Shown piece after piece: positions 22,911 through 32,634 of a stretch of 64,000 nt of DNA (the stretch's first letter is position 1; the number at the start of each line of letters is the position of its first letter). Under the pieces are notes generated by a model. The model saw only the letters and a list, made by a program, of their open reading frames with translations. It did not search any database and had not been told where the DNA came from. The translations under genes were made by a program, and so were the position numbers. Origin of the DNA: Coraliomargarita sp. (GTDB lineage: Bacteria; Verrucomicrobiota; Verrucomicrobiia; Opitutales; Coraliomargaritaceae). The DNA is taken from positions 1,024,001 through 1,088,000 of the forward strand of contig OZ244160.1 in NCBI GenBank assembly GCA_965216325.1, in the 5' to 3' direction.

Positions 22911-23594
22911 ATGCTTACTGCCCGTGAACTGTTTGATTTTCCTGAGTCTCTTCCTTTTAGCGCTTATTTTCCAGCAGATGCGGCTCCATGGGAGTGGGTC
23001 TCCGCCATCAAGGCTGCATTGGCCGACTTTTCATTTCCGGAAATACGCTCCGATATCCCTGCTGGGCTTCACGTGGAAGGGAAGGTATATATCCACCCGT
23101 CGGTGAAGTTGCCTGCATTTGGCTCAATCCAGGGGCCTGCTTACATCGCTGAGGGCTGTGAATTGCGTCCTGGAGTGTATATTCGCGGCAATGTCATCAG
23201 TGGAGCTGGATCTGTATTAGGTAATTCCTGTGAGTTTAAAAACTGTCTGTTGCTAGAGGGGGTTCAAGTTCCGCATTTCAGCTACGTGGGGGACAGTATT
23301 CTCGGCAACCGAGCGCACCTTGGCGCGGGAGTGATCTGCTCTAACCTTCGCTTGGACCAGGCTCAAGTGCAGGCAAAACTTAAAGACGGATCGATGATCC
23401 CAACGGGCCTGCGCAAGCTTGGGGCGATCCTTGGTGATCATGCGGAAGTCGGGTGCAACTCGGTGCTCAATCCGGGATCTATCTTGGGGCGAAGGGCACT
23501 TGTCATGCCATCAATGGCATTTAGGGGGACTTTGCCCGAAAATATGATGGCAATGGAGCGGTCAAAAGTCGCAGTCGTTCAGCGTAGTGACTGA
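22911..23594 (+). CDS. GlmU-like left-handed beta-helix acyltransferase (C-terminal domain only)
   Basis: Hexapeptide repeats, PHFSYVGDSILG, AHLGAG, KLGAILGD, VGCNSVLNPG. Confidence 0.85.
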   Translation: MLTARELFDFPESLPFSAYFPADAAPWEWVSAIKAALADFSFPEIRSDIPAGLHVEGKVYIHPSVKLPAFGSIQGPAYIAEGCELRPGVYIRGNVISGAGSVLGNSCEFKNCLLLEGVQVPHFSYVGDSILGNRAHLGAGVICSNLRLDQAQVQAKLKDGSMIPTGLRKLGAILGDHAEVGCNSVLNPGSILGRRALVMPSMAFRGTLPENMMAMERSKVAVVQRSD

Positions 23595-23675
23595 TTGCTG
23601 CAAGTTTATTCTAATTGTAGAAAAAATCAAATTAAGCTTAACTTATAGGCTGTTTTGCGCTATGACAGATTGCTT

Positions 23676-24911
23676 ATGGGAAATACTTCACAGATTCCGT
23701 CAGACCACGCCTCAGTCCGGAGTACTGAGGCTGGAAATGATTCAGTCTTGGTCATTAACTGCGGTAGTTCGTCCGTTAAGTTTGCACTGATCGACAAAGC
23801 CAGCTCTGAACCTTTGCTAACCGGTCTCGTTGAGTGCTTAGATAGTCCGGATGCTGAATTGAGTTGGAAGCAAAATGGCCAGAGGGCAGTAAAGAAGCTC
23901 CCGGGGGCCGATTTAGTCGCTGGGCTAGGGGAAGTAATCGCCATTTTACCAAAGAATTCGAAGGTCGTCGCAGTTGGCCACCGAGTAGTGCATGGGGCGG
24001 AGGAATTTTCCGGTAGTGTGCTCGTCTGCGAATCCGTTTTGGCTGCACTCGAAAAGTGCTCTGCCTTGGCCCCGTTACACAATCCTGCGAATATCGCGGG
24101 GATACGTGCTGCACAGAAAGTCTTCCCTGAAATTCCTCAAGTTGCGGTTTTTGACACGGCGTTTCACCAGACTCTGCCTAAGCATGCTTACCTGTATGCT
24201 GTGCCATACGAGTGGTATACGGAACATGGTGTGCGTCGCTACGGCTTCCATGGCACTAGTCATCGATATGTTGCTGGCGAGGCTGCTCGGCGATTGGATA
24301 AAGATTTAGGAGACCTGAGCGTGGTGATCGCACACCTAGGCAATGGCTGCAGCGCCTGTGCTGTCGAGGCAGGCAACAGTGTGGATACTACGATGGGGAT
24401 GTCCCCGCTCGAAGGTCTCGTAATGGGCACTCGCAGCGGTGACTTGGATCCCACGATCATCGAGTTTATCTCCACCAATCTCGGTTGGCCCCTGGGGAAA
24501 GTGATGACTGCACTGAATAAGCAGAGTGGTTTACTGGGGCTTTCTGGTGAGAGTAATGATATGCGCACACTAGTTGAAGCGATGGAGCAGGGCAACGAAC
24601 GAGCAGCGTTGTCAATTGAGGTCTTTGCATATCGCTTGGCAAAATCGATTATGAGTTTGACCGCAGCGCTCAGTAAGCTCGACGCAATTGTCTTCACTGG
24701 CGGAATCGGAGAAAACTCACACAAGGTCAGAGCCAAGACCCTTTCCTATCTACGTGTTCTGAACATTGAGGTGGATGAAGCCCTGAACGCAAACAACGGA
24801 GATACCGAGACAGGTTGCATCAGCACCGCAACTAGCATACCCTGTTTGGTCGTTCCGACCAATGAAGAGCTGATGATTGCTCGCGAAACTTTAAGCATCA
24901 CACAGTCATGA
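23676..24911 (+). CDS. ackA: Acetate kinase
   Basis: VINCGSSSVK, GHRVVHG, APLHNP, FDTAFH, RYGFHGTSH, FTGGIGEN, PTNEELMIA. Confidence 0.97.
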   Translation: MGNTSQIPSDHASVRSTEAGNDSVLVINCGSSSVKFALIDKASSEPLLTGLVECLDSPDAELSWKQNGQRAVKKLPGADLVAGLGEVIAILPKNSKVVAVGHRVVHGAEEFSGSVLVCESVLAALEKCSALAPLHNPANIAGIRAAQKVFPEIPQVAVFDTAFHQTLPKHAYLYAVPYEWYTEHGVRRYGFHGTSHRYVAGEAARRLDKDLGDLSVVIAHLGNGCSACAVEAGNSVDTTMGMSPLEGLVMGTRSGDLDPTIIEFISTNLGWPLGKVMTALNKQSGLLGLSGESNDMRTLVEAMEQGNERAALSIEVFAYRLAKSIMSLTAALSKLDAIVFTGGIGENSHKVRAKTLSYLRVLNIEVDEALNANNGDTETGCISTATSIPCLVVPTNEELMIARETLSITQS

Positions 24912-27079
24912 AACATGTTTTCTTCCTTGCTGCCTCAGGTGTCGAAAGTGGCCTGACCTCCATTTCATTGGGCGTCTTCAGAGCGCTGGACCGCCGTGGT
25001 ATTCGGGTTGGCTTTTGTAAGCCGATCAGTCAGGGTGTTATCGCCGAGGGCGAGACAGACCCATCCATAAGTTTGGTTTCGAGCACGACTGGTTTTAGGC
25101 CGGTTGAGCCGATGTCTATGGAAGAGGCCGAGCGTTATGTCCGCAACGACCAGATGGATGACTTAATGGAGCAAGTGGTCGAGCGCGTCCGGGCCCACGC
25201 CGATGAAGTCGATGTCATGGTCGTCGAAGGTCTTCTGCCAACCGAGAGTCAGTCGTTTCCTAATCGGATCAATCGTTCGGTCGTAACAGCACTCAGTGCG
25301 GAGGTTATTTTGGTCAATGCTGCCAAGAGCAAGTCGATGGATGAGCTCAAGGAGAGTATCGAAATCGCAGCTTCGTTGTATGGCGGACTTCAGAATTCAA
25401 ATGTCATCGGCTGTATTCTCAATAAAGTTCAATTCGCGGGACAGGACACCGCAGATGTCAATGTGCCGGTGCAAGGCAGCAGCAAGCGGAACGAGGTTGC
25501 GCGCAAGGAAATGTCGCATGCTGAGCTCAAGGCCTATCGCGATAAAGTTCAGGCAGAGTGCGCACTCTTCAGGGATGGCAGTTTCGAGTTGATTGGCTGC
25601 GTGCCATGGAATCCGAATCTGCCGTCATACCGTGTGCGCGACGTCGCCCGACACCTGAATGCAGATATTATTAATGCGGGGGACATCGATGGACGCCGCG
25701 TGAAATCGGTTTGTCTCTGTGCACGAAACCTGTCGCGAATTCTTCATGTCTTTGAAGCTGGACGCCTATTGGTTGCGCCGAGTGATCGCATCGATATCCT
25801 GATGACTGCTTCTCTCAGCACGATGGATAAGATTCCGCTAGCAGGTATTGTGTTGACTGGTGGCGTTGAACTCAGTGACGCAGTTATGGACTTGTGTCGT
25901 CCTGCGTTTAAACTGGGACTCCCTGTCCTGAGCGTTCATTCAGATAGCTTTGATACGGCGACAAAGCTCTCACAAATGAGCAACTACATCCCAGGAGATG
26001 ATATTGAACGATTCAATACCACCTTGGATTTTGTAGCGCGTTATTTGCATACAGATAAGTTGCAGCGCCGCGTCGAAAGTGAGCTGGAGATCCGGATGTC
26101 TCCAGCGGCGTTCCGCCACCAGTTGACAAAACGTGCACGTGCCGCGAATAAGCGTATTATTCTACCTGAAGGCGATGAGCCTCGCACCGTCGTAGCCGCA
26201 GCAGCGTGCCAGCAACGTGGCCTTGCACAATGTGTGTTGATCGGCAACCCCGAGGAGGTTCAACACGTCGCGGAGCGTCAAAGCGTCGATTTGACTGGGG
26301 TCGAGATTATTGACCCAGAGCTTGTGCGCGAAAAGTATGTGCCGACACTGATGGAGATGCGTAAGCATAAAAATCTGTCAGAGAAGGAGGCCCGAGAGGC
26401 ACTTGAGGATACCGTGATGCTTGGAACGATTATGCTAGCTCTTGATGAGGTAGACGGGCTCGTATCTGGGGCGGTTCATTCTTCAGCTAATACAATACGC
26501 CCTGCACTTCAATTGATCAAGACCAGCCCCGGGGCAAAGGTGGTTTCGTCGGTATTCTTTATGTGCTTGCCTGATCAGGTGTTAGTATATGGCGACTGTG
26601 CGGTGAATCCGGATCCAAATGCAGAGAATTTGGCCGATATCGCCTTACAGAGCGCCGAGTCCGCCAAGAATTTCGGCATTCCGCCACGCGTTGCGCTGAT
26701 CAGTTACAGCACTGGTCAGTCGGGTTCTGGCGCAGATGTGGAGAAGGTCCGTGCAGCGACGACACTCGCGAAAGACGCACGACCGGATCTCCTTATCGAT
26801 GGTCCACTTCAATACGATGCAGCAGCAGTGAGTGATGTGGCGGAAAAAAAGGCTCCTGATAGCAAAGTCGCAGGGCAAGCTACCGTATTTGTATTCCCGG
26901 ACCTGAACACCGGCAATACCACCTACAAGGCAGTTCAACGTGCGGCGAATGTAATCAGTATTGGACCGATGCTTCAAGGTCTCCGTAAGCCAGTGAATGA
27001 CCTGTCTCGAGGTGCCTTGGTCGACGACATCGTTTATACGATCGCTATCACTGCCATTCAGGCTGACAGCGAGTCATAG
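24908..27079 (+). CDS. pta: Phosphate acetyltransferase (long form with BioD-like and DRTGG domains)
   Basis: RIILPEG, GDCAVNPDP, DGPLQYDAA, FPDLNTGN, PVNDLSRG. Confidence 0.97.
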   Translation: MKHVFFLAASGVESGLTSISLGVFRALDRRGIRVGFCKPISQGVIAEGETDPSISLVSSTTGFRPVEPMSMEEAERYVRNDQMDDLMEQVVERVRAHADEVDVMVVEGLLPTESQSFPNRINRSVVTALSAEVILVNAAKSKSMDELKESIEIAASLYGGLQNSNVIGCILNKVQFAGQDTADVNVPVQGSSKRNEVARKEMSHAELKAYRDKVQAECALFRDGSFELIGCVPWNPNLPSYRVRDVARHLNADIINAGDIDGRRVKSVCLCARNLSRILHVFEAGRLLVAPSDRIDILMTASLSTMDKIPLAGIVLTGGVELSDAVMDLCRPAFKLGLPVLSVHSDSFDTATKLSQMSNYIPGDDIERFNTTLDFVARYLHTDKLQRRVESELEIRMSPAAFRHQLTKRARAANKRIILPEGDEPRTVVAAAACQQRGLAQCVLIGNPEEVQHVAERQSVDLTGVEIIDPELVREKYVPTLMEMRKHKNLSEKEAREALEDTVMLGTIMLALDEVDGLVSGAVHSSANTIRPALQLIKTSPGAKVVSSVFFMCLPDQVLVYGDCAVNPDPNAENLADIALQSAESAKNFGIPPRVALISYSTGQSGSGADVEKVRAATTLAKDARPDLLIDGPLQYDAAAVSDVAEKKAPDSKVAGQATVFVFPDLNTGNTTYKAVQRAANVISIGPMLQGLRKPVNDLSRGALVDDIVYTIAITAIQADSES

Positions 27080-27189
27080 GATACTCCAAGCGACAGCGAA
27101 TTACTCTGCTTACATATCAGAATAATTCGTTGTAACGTTTGATAATTGATCAGCCTGACGTTTGCTTAGTGGTTCAACCATTAAGTATT

Positions 27190-27876
27190 ATGCAACTCAG
27201 ATCTATTCTTATTACCTGCGCGCTTGCCTGTTCAGTTCCTTTTACCAGCACACATGCTGGCCTGTTTGGACCAAAGGGAGACGATATCGAGGAGAAGCGC
27301 GCATATATCCGCGAGCAGGGCCAAGAGATGCTTGGTGATCTTTATGATGCGCACCCCGAACTGAAAGATTCACTCAAAGACGCGGTTGGCTACGCGACTT
27401 TCCGCCAAAGCGATGTCAATTTGCTGCTGGTAGCCTCTGGGTTTGGCTATGGTGTCTTGCACGACAATCGCACCGATGAAGACATCTATATGCGTGTTGC
27501 TAGTCTGGGTGGTGGCTTTGGAGCTGGCGTGAAAGACATGCGAGTCGTCTTCGTATTCAACGATGAAGCTGTAATGGACAGCTTCATCGATAAGGGCTGG
27601 CAGTTTGGGGGCAAAGCCGATGCCTCTGCCAAGTATGAGGATACCGGGGCCGCTGCTGAAGGGAATGCGCGTGCAAATGTTGACCTCGAGAAAGGGGCTG
27701 TGACTGGTGCAACTTCCAGCGATGCACGTGCTGGAACAGACAAAGCGGATGGCAAGGCTGCCGGTAGTGGTTTGGGGAATGCGATGCAAATTTATCAATT
27801 CACCGAAAGTGGTGTCTCACTTCAAGCGACTATTGCTGGAACTAAATACTGGAAGAGTGACAAGCTAAATTACTAA
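27190..27876 (+). CDS. Secreted Ysc84/SYLF-like protein
   Basis: Signal peptide, GFGYGV, GGGFGAG, FGGKADASAK, GTKYWK. Confidence 0.7.
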   Translation: MQLRSILITCALACSVPFTSTHAGLFGPKGDDIEEKRAYIREQGQEMLGDLYDAHPELKDSLKDAVGYATFRQSDVNLLLVASGFGYGVLHDNRTDEDIYMRVASLGGGFGAGVKDMRVVFVFNDEAVMDSFIDKGWQFGGKADASAKYEDTGAAAEGNARANVDLEKGAVTGATSSDARAGTDKADGKAAGSGLGNAMQIYQFTESGVSLQATIAGTKYWKSDKLNY

Positions 27877-27898
27877 CCCAACGCCCCCAACTGAAGCC

Positions 27899-28915
27899 AT
27901 GAAACTACACACACTTTTGATGTCGGCATGTCTTAGCGCTGCCGTGCTAGCAACTCCTGCCTCTGCGAATCAAGTTGATGCAGGCAGCTATGATGACGAT
28001 CTTCGTGAGATGCTCGAAGTGCTACGTTCAGACCTTAATTCACACAAGGTTGAGGTGATCAACGCGGCGCTGAAGCTGAGTGACGAGGAAGCAGAAATCT
28101 TCTGGCCGATCTATAAGGCTTACGAGGTTGAACTCGCGGAACTAGTGGAGGATAAGCTTCGTCTAATCGGTGATTATTATCAGCTTTACTACGCGGATGC
28201 CAAACACGACGACAGTTGGGATGCTGTTGCAGATCGTTCCATTCGTGGCCGGCAGAATCGCTTAGCACTGTGGCAGGAGTATCATGGTAAAATTAGTGCT
28301 GCGCTCTCACCATATCGCGCGGCTCAGTTCCTCCAACTCGAAGGCCAAATTGCATTGCTGGTCGATCTCAGCATTGCATCAGAGCTTCCAAATATTGGCG
28401 CGCCTGAAACCACCGCATCTCTCGTTCCAACAAAGATTGAAGCAGTTAAGGTGAAGATGAGTGCCACAGTCGATGGAATCGATCACGATAACCGAGTTCT
28501 TGTGTTGCGTGGTGATCATGACAAGTTGACTACCCTGAACGTTCACGACGATGTAGAACGCTTTGATGAGATCGAACTTGGTGACCTGGTCAGCGTTGAA
28601 TACCAAATTGCAGTCGTTGCTGAACTGCGTGCACCAACAGTTACTGAAATCGAAGAGCCCTTAGTGATTTTGGCGGGAGGCGCTAAGACTGATGAAACTG
28701 CTGCTCCGACTGCAGGTGTCGGTCGTGTCATACGTGCGGTCTGTACGATTGAAGGCTTAGACCGCCAATCTCAGATGGTCAGTTTGAAGGGACCAATGGG
28801 GAAGTATTTCAGCGTAAAGGCTTCTGACCCGAAGCGCCTGACACAAGTCTCAATTGGTGATACAGTAGTCATCACCTACTGTGAGGCACTTGCAATAGGA
28901 ATTGAGAAGTTGTAG
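27899..28915 (+). CDS. Secreted hypothetical protein (helical N-domain plus duplicated beta-rich C-domain)
   Basis: Signal peptide; LKLSDEEAEIFWPIY; internal repeat ATVDGIDHDNRVLVLRG...GDLV / CTIEGLDRQSQMVSLKG...GDTV. Confidence 0.8.
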   Translation: MKLHTLLMSACLSAAVLATPASANQVDAGSYDDDLREMLEVLRSDLNSHKVEVINAALKLSDEEAEIFWPIYKAYEVELAELVEDKLRLIGDYYQLYYADAKHDDSWDAVADRSIRGRQNRLALWQEYHGKISAALSPYRAAQFLQLEGQIALLVDLSIASELPNIGAPETTASLVPTKIEAVKVKMSATVDGIDHDNRVLVLRGDHDKLTTLNVHDDVERFDEIELGDLVSVEYQIAVVAELRAPTVTEIEEPLVILAGGAKTDETAAPTAGVGRVIRAVCTIEGLDRQSQMVSLKGPMGKYFSVKASDPKRLTQVSIGDTVVITYCEALAIGIEKL

Positions 28916-28918
28916 CAT

Positions 28919-29971
28919 TTAGCTGATGGCCAGTTCAAGTTGCTCGGGGCCAGCGTGGGCCTCGGCAAATCGGACTCCAATGCCCATTAGGCGCACGGGA
29001 TGTCCACTGCGCCCCCATGCATCGGTCAGGAGGTGGCTATAGCGTTTTAAATCAGGCTGACTTCCGGCACACTCAGCCGTCGTGAGTCGGAAGTCGCTAA
29101 ACTTTAGCTTTAGGACTAGTTTAGCTATTTGTCGATCGGGTGCATTGCTGCGTAGATCTTCTATGAGCTCTTTATACTGGCGTTCCAACTGCTCCAGGCA
29201 GGTGCCAAGGCTTTCTAAGTCCTGCCTAAAGGTGTGCTCGATACTAAGTGTTTTGCGGATACGGCTTGGGTCAACGGGACGTTCGTCGACGCCGCGGCAA
29301 AGTTGATATAATTCCATGCCGAAGCTTCCAAAGTGATTCACTAGCTCGGCCTGACTATACTCTTGTAAGTCTGCACAGGTTTCGACGCCGAGCTTTGACA
29401 AACGTTCTGCACTCTTTGGGCCTACTCCCCAAATTTTGCGAACGGGTAGATTCTGCATGAACCCGCGCACATGCGAAGGGCTTACGATGCACTGTCCGTT
29501 TGGCTTATTCCAGTCACTCGCGATTTTTGCGATCAACTTATTGGGGGCGATACCCGCAGATGCGGTCAGTTGCGTTTCGGTGTAGATGTCCTTGCGAATG
29601 GATTCTGCAATTTCAGCACCCGCTTGCTTTAGATGGCTGACGTCTAAATAGGCTTCGTCGAGTGAGAGTGGCTCGATCAACTCTGTATAGCGTGCGTAGA
29701 TTGCTCGAATTTGCTTCGAAACTGCTCTGTAGAGCTCAAACCGAACCGGGAGGATGACGAGCGGCGGACACAGCTTGCGTGCTTCAAACACAGGCATTGC
29801 TGAGCGCACTCCAAACTCGCGGGCAGGGTAGTTGCATGTGGTTAACACGCCGCGCCCGGATGCCCCGCCGACTGCGAGAGGTCGTCCAGTCAGGTCAGGA
29901 TGTTCTCGCATTTCCACAGCTGCATAGAAGCAGTCCATGTCAATGTGGATAATTCGTCGGATTCGGCTCAC
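28919..29971 (-). CDS. dinB: DNA polymerase IV
   Basis: IIHIDMDCFYAAVE, LSLDEAYLD, AKIASDWNKPNG. Confidence 0.97.
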   Translation of the reverse strand: MSRIRRIIHIDMDCFYAAVEMREHPDLTGRPLAVGGASGRGVLTTCNYPAREFGVRSAMPVFEARKLCPPLVILPVRFELYRAVSKQIRAIYARYTELIEPLSLDEAYLDVSHLKQAGAEIAESIRKDIYTETQLTASAGIAPNKLIAKIASDWNKPNGQCIVSPSHVRGFMQNLPVRKIWGVGPKSAERLSKLGVETCADLQEYSQAELVNHFGSFGMELYQLCRGVDERPVDPSRIRKTLSIEHTFRQDLESLGTCLEQLERQYKELIEDLRSNAPDRQIAKLVLKLKFSDFRLTTAECAGSQPDLKRYSHLLTDAWGRSGHPVRLMGIGVRFAEAHAGPEQLELAIS

Positions 29972-30040
29972 TGGAAAAGTCCAATGCGGGCTATCGACTT
30001 TGACAACGATAAGCTTTTGGATATGTCTATGGCACTGCGG

Positions 30041-30748
30041 ATGTCTCAGTCGGATACAATTATCTTTACCTACACGTTCACATTTTCGGACGGAAAACAG
30101 GCAAGCTTCGACGTTCGCTTGAATTCCGCTACGGGAACTTCCCGAAATCCGTGGCCCCAGAAGTTGCCCGACTGGACCAAGCTAGCGCACCATCAATGTG
30201 CTCATTGCCCCTTGTCAGCTAAGGAGCATGACTATTGTCCGGCTGCAGTGAGTGTTGTTGACATTGTGGACTTCTTTCATGAGGTCTCATCGATTGAGCC
30301 GGTAGAGGTCTCAGTCTATAGCGAAGCGCGCACGACTGTTAAAGATAGGGTGCCTCTGCCGAATGCAATTGGAGCGGTCATGGGAGCACGTTTTGCAAGT
30401 AGTGGTTGTCCGATTACTGCAATGTTTCAGCCTATGGTTCGCTATCATGTTCCCTTTACAACGATGGACGAAGCGACTTACCGGATTGTGACGATGCATG
30501 CGTTGGTGCAATTCTTGCGAATGAGTGATGGTCAATCAGTGGACTGGTCGTTTGATGGCCTCAGTCAGTTGTGTCGTGATGTAAATCGTTTGAATCTCGA
30601 TTTCTCAAGGCGCCTCCGGGAGTTGCAGGTAAATGACGCGACTACGAACGCGATTACCAGCTTGGATAGCTTTGTGCAGATGGTCGACATCACGGTCGAT
30701 GATGATTTTCTGACGGAGCTAAAGGAACTCTTTCGGGCACACCTCTAA
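30041..30748 (+). CDS. Conserved hypothetical protein (DUF6901-like); start uncertain (29984/30023/30041)
   Basis: PDWTKL-HQCAHCPL-CPAA and SGCP-PMVRYHVPF motifs. Confidence 0.7.
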   Translation: MSQSDTIIFTYTFTFSDGKQASFDVRLNSATGTSRNPWPQKLPDWTKLAHHQCAHCPLSAKEHDYCPAAVSVVDIVDFFHEVSSIEPVEVSVYSEARTTVKDRVPLPNAIGAVMGARFASSGCPITAMFQPMVRYHVPFTTMDEATYRIVTMHALVQFLRMSDGQSVDWSFDGLSQLCRDVNRLNLDFSRRLRELQVNDATTNAITSLDSFVQMVDITVDDDFLTELKELFRAHL

Positions 30749-30752
30749 GCTT

Positions 30753-31073
30753 TTAGCTAATCGGCTGAGCTAAGATAAACGGGCGCACAATCATCGCGTT
30801 AAAGCGCATGCCTTCTTTTTTCCAGTGCCCAACATGGAGGTCGCAGGGCTGGACGAGGTCACCGGATTTCAGCCAGGCTTGAACTTGATCTTTGTTATCT
30901 TCGGCGAATGCAAGGCCAGCGCGTTTGAGGTCCAGGCTTGGGTCGACGTAGATTAGATTACCTGCCTCGTAGTGAGGGTTCAAATAGCTCCAATCGACAT
31001 CGCCGCTGTATTTATCCAGCTTCTCTGCGTCGCTCATGGTGTCCTGAGCCGGACTGAATTCGTCGTTAAACAT
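30753..31073 (-). CDS. DUF2288-like protein
   Basis: VDWSYLNPH, VDPSLDL, FNAMIVRPFILAQ. Confidence 0.75.
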   Translation of the reverse strand: MFNDEFSPAQDTMSDAEKLDKYSGDVDWSYLNPHYEAGNLIYVDPSLDLKRAGLAFAEDNKDQVQAWLKSGDLVQPCDLHVGHWKKEGMRFNAMIVRPFILAQPIS

Positions 31074-31155
31074 ATCTCAGCTAAGCCCGACTTGTTTTTC
31101 AGTGCAAGTTCAAGTCGGTTGACTCTAGCACAAACGATCGCTGTGGTGCAGGCAG

Positions 31156-31944
31156 ATGGAAGATACAGAAGATAAGTTTGGCGCCGAAGCGCCGCTGGTG
31201 GATCTGGAGGACATGAGAGGGTGGGTTGTTCGTGAAGATGATGACCTACTCGTGATCAACAAGCCAGGTTGGTTAGTCTGCCATCCATCCAAGAACGGTC
31301 CGCTGTCTAGTCTCGTTGGGGCCGTGCGCGAGTATACGGGCGCCGAGAAGCTTCATCTGGTTGCGCGCCTGGATCGCGAGACCAGCGGCTTGATTGTTTT
31401 TGCCAAGCGACCGGCTATGGCCCGCAAATACCAGATGGCGATCCAGAATCGGATCGTAAAGAAAACCTATCTGGCAATTCTTGAGGGCGATCTCAAGGAG
31501 CCTATTCGTGTGGATCAATCGATCGCTCGTCGCCGAGAAGGCCTTGTTCATGTTAAGAACGAGGTCAGCTACGTGCGTGGTGCACAGTCAGCGATCACTG
31601 TATTTAGTCCAATCGCAAAAGGGGGTGATTACACCTTAGCGAAGGTCGAACCCGAAACGGGGCGTAAGCATCAGATTCGCGTGCACGCTGAGTGGCTGGA
31701 CCACAAAGTAGTGGGTGACAAAATCTACGGCCCCGACGAATCGCTCTATATAGAATTCATTGAGAATGGCTGGACCTCGCGACTTGAGGCTGCCTTGCCG
31801 CTCAAGCGTCAGGCCCTGCATTGCTACCAATATACTTTCAATTTCCCAGGGGAGCCAGTTACCTTAACTGCTCCCCTGCGTCAGGATATGCACGATTTTT
31901 GTGAGACTACGATGGGTTTGAGTTTAGAAGCCCTCGGTTTCTAG
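31156..31944 (+). CDS. RluA-family pseudouridine synthase
   Basis: NKPGWLVCHP, RLDRETSG, TGRKHQIRVH, GDKIYG, QALH. Confidence 0.95.
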   Translation: MEDTEDKFGAEAPLVDLEDMRGWVVREDDDLLVINKPGWLVCHPSKNGPLSSLVGAVREYTGAEKLHLVARLDRETSGLIVFAKRPAMARKYQMAIQNRIVKKTYLAILEGDLKEPIRVDQSIARRREGLVHVKNEVSYVRGAQSAITVFSPIAKGGDYTLAKVEPETGRKHQIRVHAEWLDHKVVGDKIYGPDESLYIEFIENGWTSRLEAALPLKRQALHCYQYTFNFPGEPVTLTAPLRQDMHDFCETTMGLSLEALGF

Positions 31945-32561
31945 AAACTAACTGCGCCGCTGAGATAGAAGAGGGCGACTTGAATCAGGCCAATTATGAA
32001 GCCTAATACTGCACCAAGCCGTTCGATTGTACGGAATTCGCGTTTAGCGACCTGATTTACGATGGCCTCAAGGCGCTCCAAGTCGAAGGCTGCGATATTG
32101 TCTTCAATCATCTGTTTCAGATCGACCGAGGATTCAAATTCCGTGGCGACCTTCTCCATTAGCGGGCCTGCCTCGTTTTTCATCTCAGCAGTGGCGATGA
32201 CTTCGAATTTTGCCAGCACCCCGTCATTCACGAAGCTACCAAGTAGCGGGATCGCCCGGAGTTGTGGGCCAATACGCTCCCAGACCAGTGAGTGCGCGGC
32301 TGTTTCCAAGTAAGGCCCTAGCTCGATCTTCTTGATTTCGTTTAGAATCATATGCTGCTGGAGGATCTCACGCTCGATAATTTCAGCAGATTCTTGCGCT
32401 AGCTGTAATTGGCGGCGAGGGATCAGTCCTTGCCACTTCCAGAAGAATATACGCATCGGTTGGCGCGGGTGAAACAACATCTGAATTGCAACCCAGTTCG
32501 TCAGCCAGCCGATGACGGCGGTTATGAAGGGAGTTAAGATGAATAGTATCTGCGAGGTCAT
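31941..32561 (-). CDS. DUF445-family membrane protein
   Basis: IGWLTNWVAIQMLFHP, GLIPRR, IERLGAVLGFIIG. Confidence 0.88.
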   Translation of the reverse strand: MTSQILFILTPFITAVIGWLTNWVAIQMLFHPRQPMRIFFWKWQGLIPRRQLQLAQESAEIIEREILQQHMILNEIKKIELGPYLETAAHSLVWERIGPQLRAIPLLGSFVNDGVLAKFEVIATAEMKNEAGPLMEKVATEFESSVDLKQMIEDNIAAFDLERLEAIVNQVAKREFRTIERLGAVLGFIIGLIQVALFYLSGAVSF

Positions 32562-32587
32562 GTGCTCTTCTGTAGTCTTTGTTAACT

Positions 32588-32614
32588 AAAAAGCCACCCC
32601 GCAGGGTGGCTTTT
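32588..32614. terminator. Intrinsic terminator (bidirectional form) downstream of the PpiD-like gene
   Basis: AAAAAGCCACCC-CGCA-GGGTGGCTTTT. Confidence 0.85.
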
Positions 32615-32634
32615 GCAAAGTGTCTGCGGTGCCT

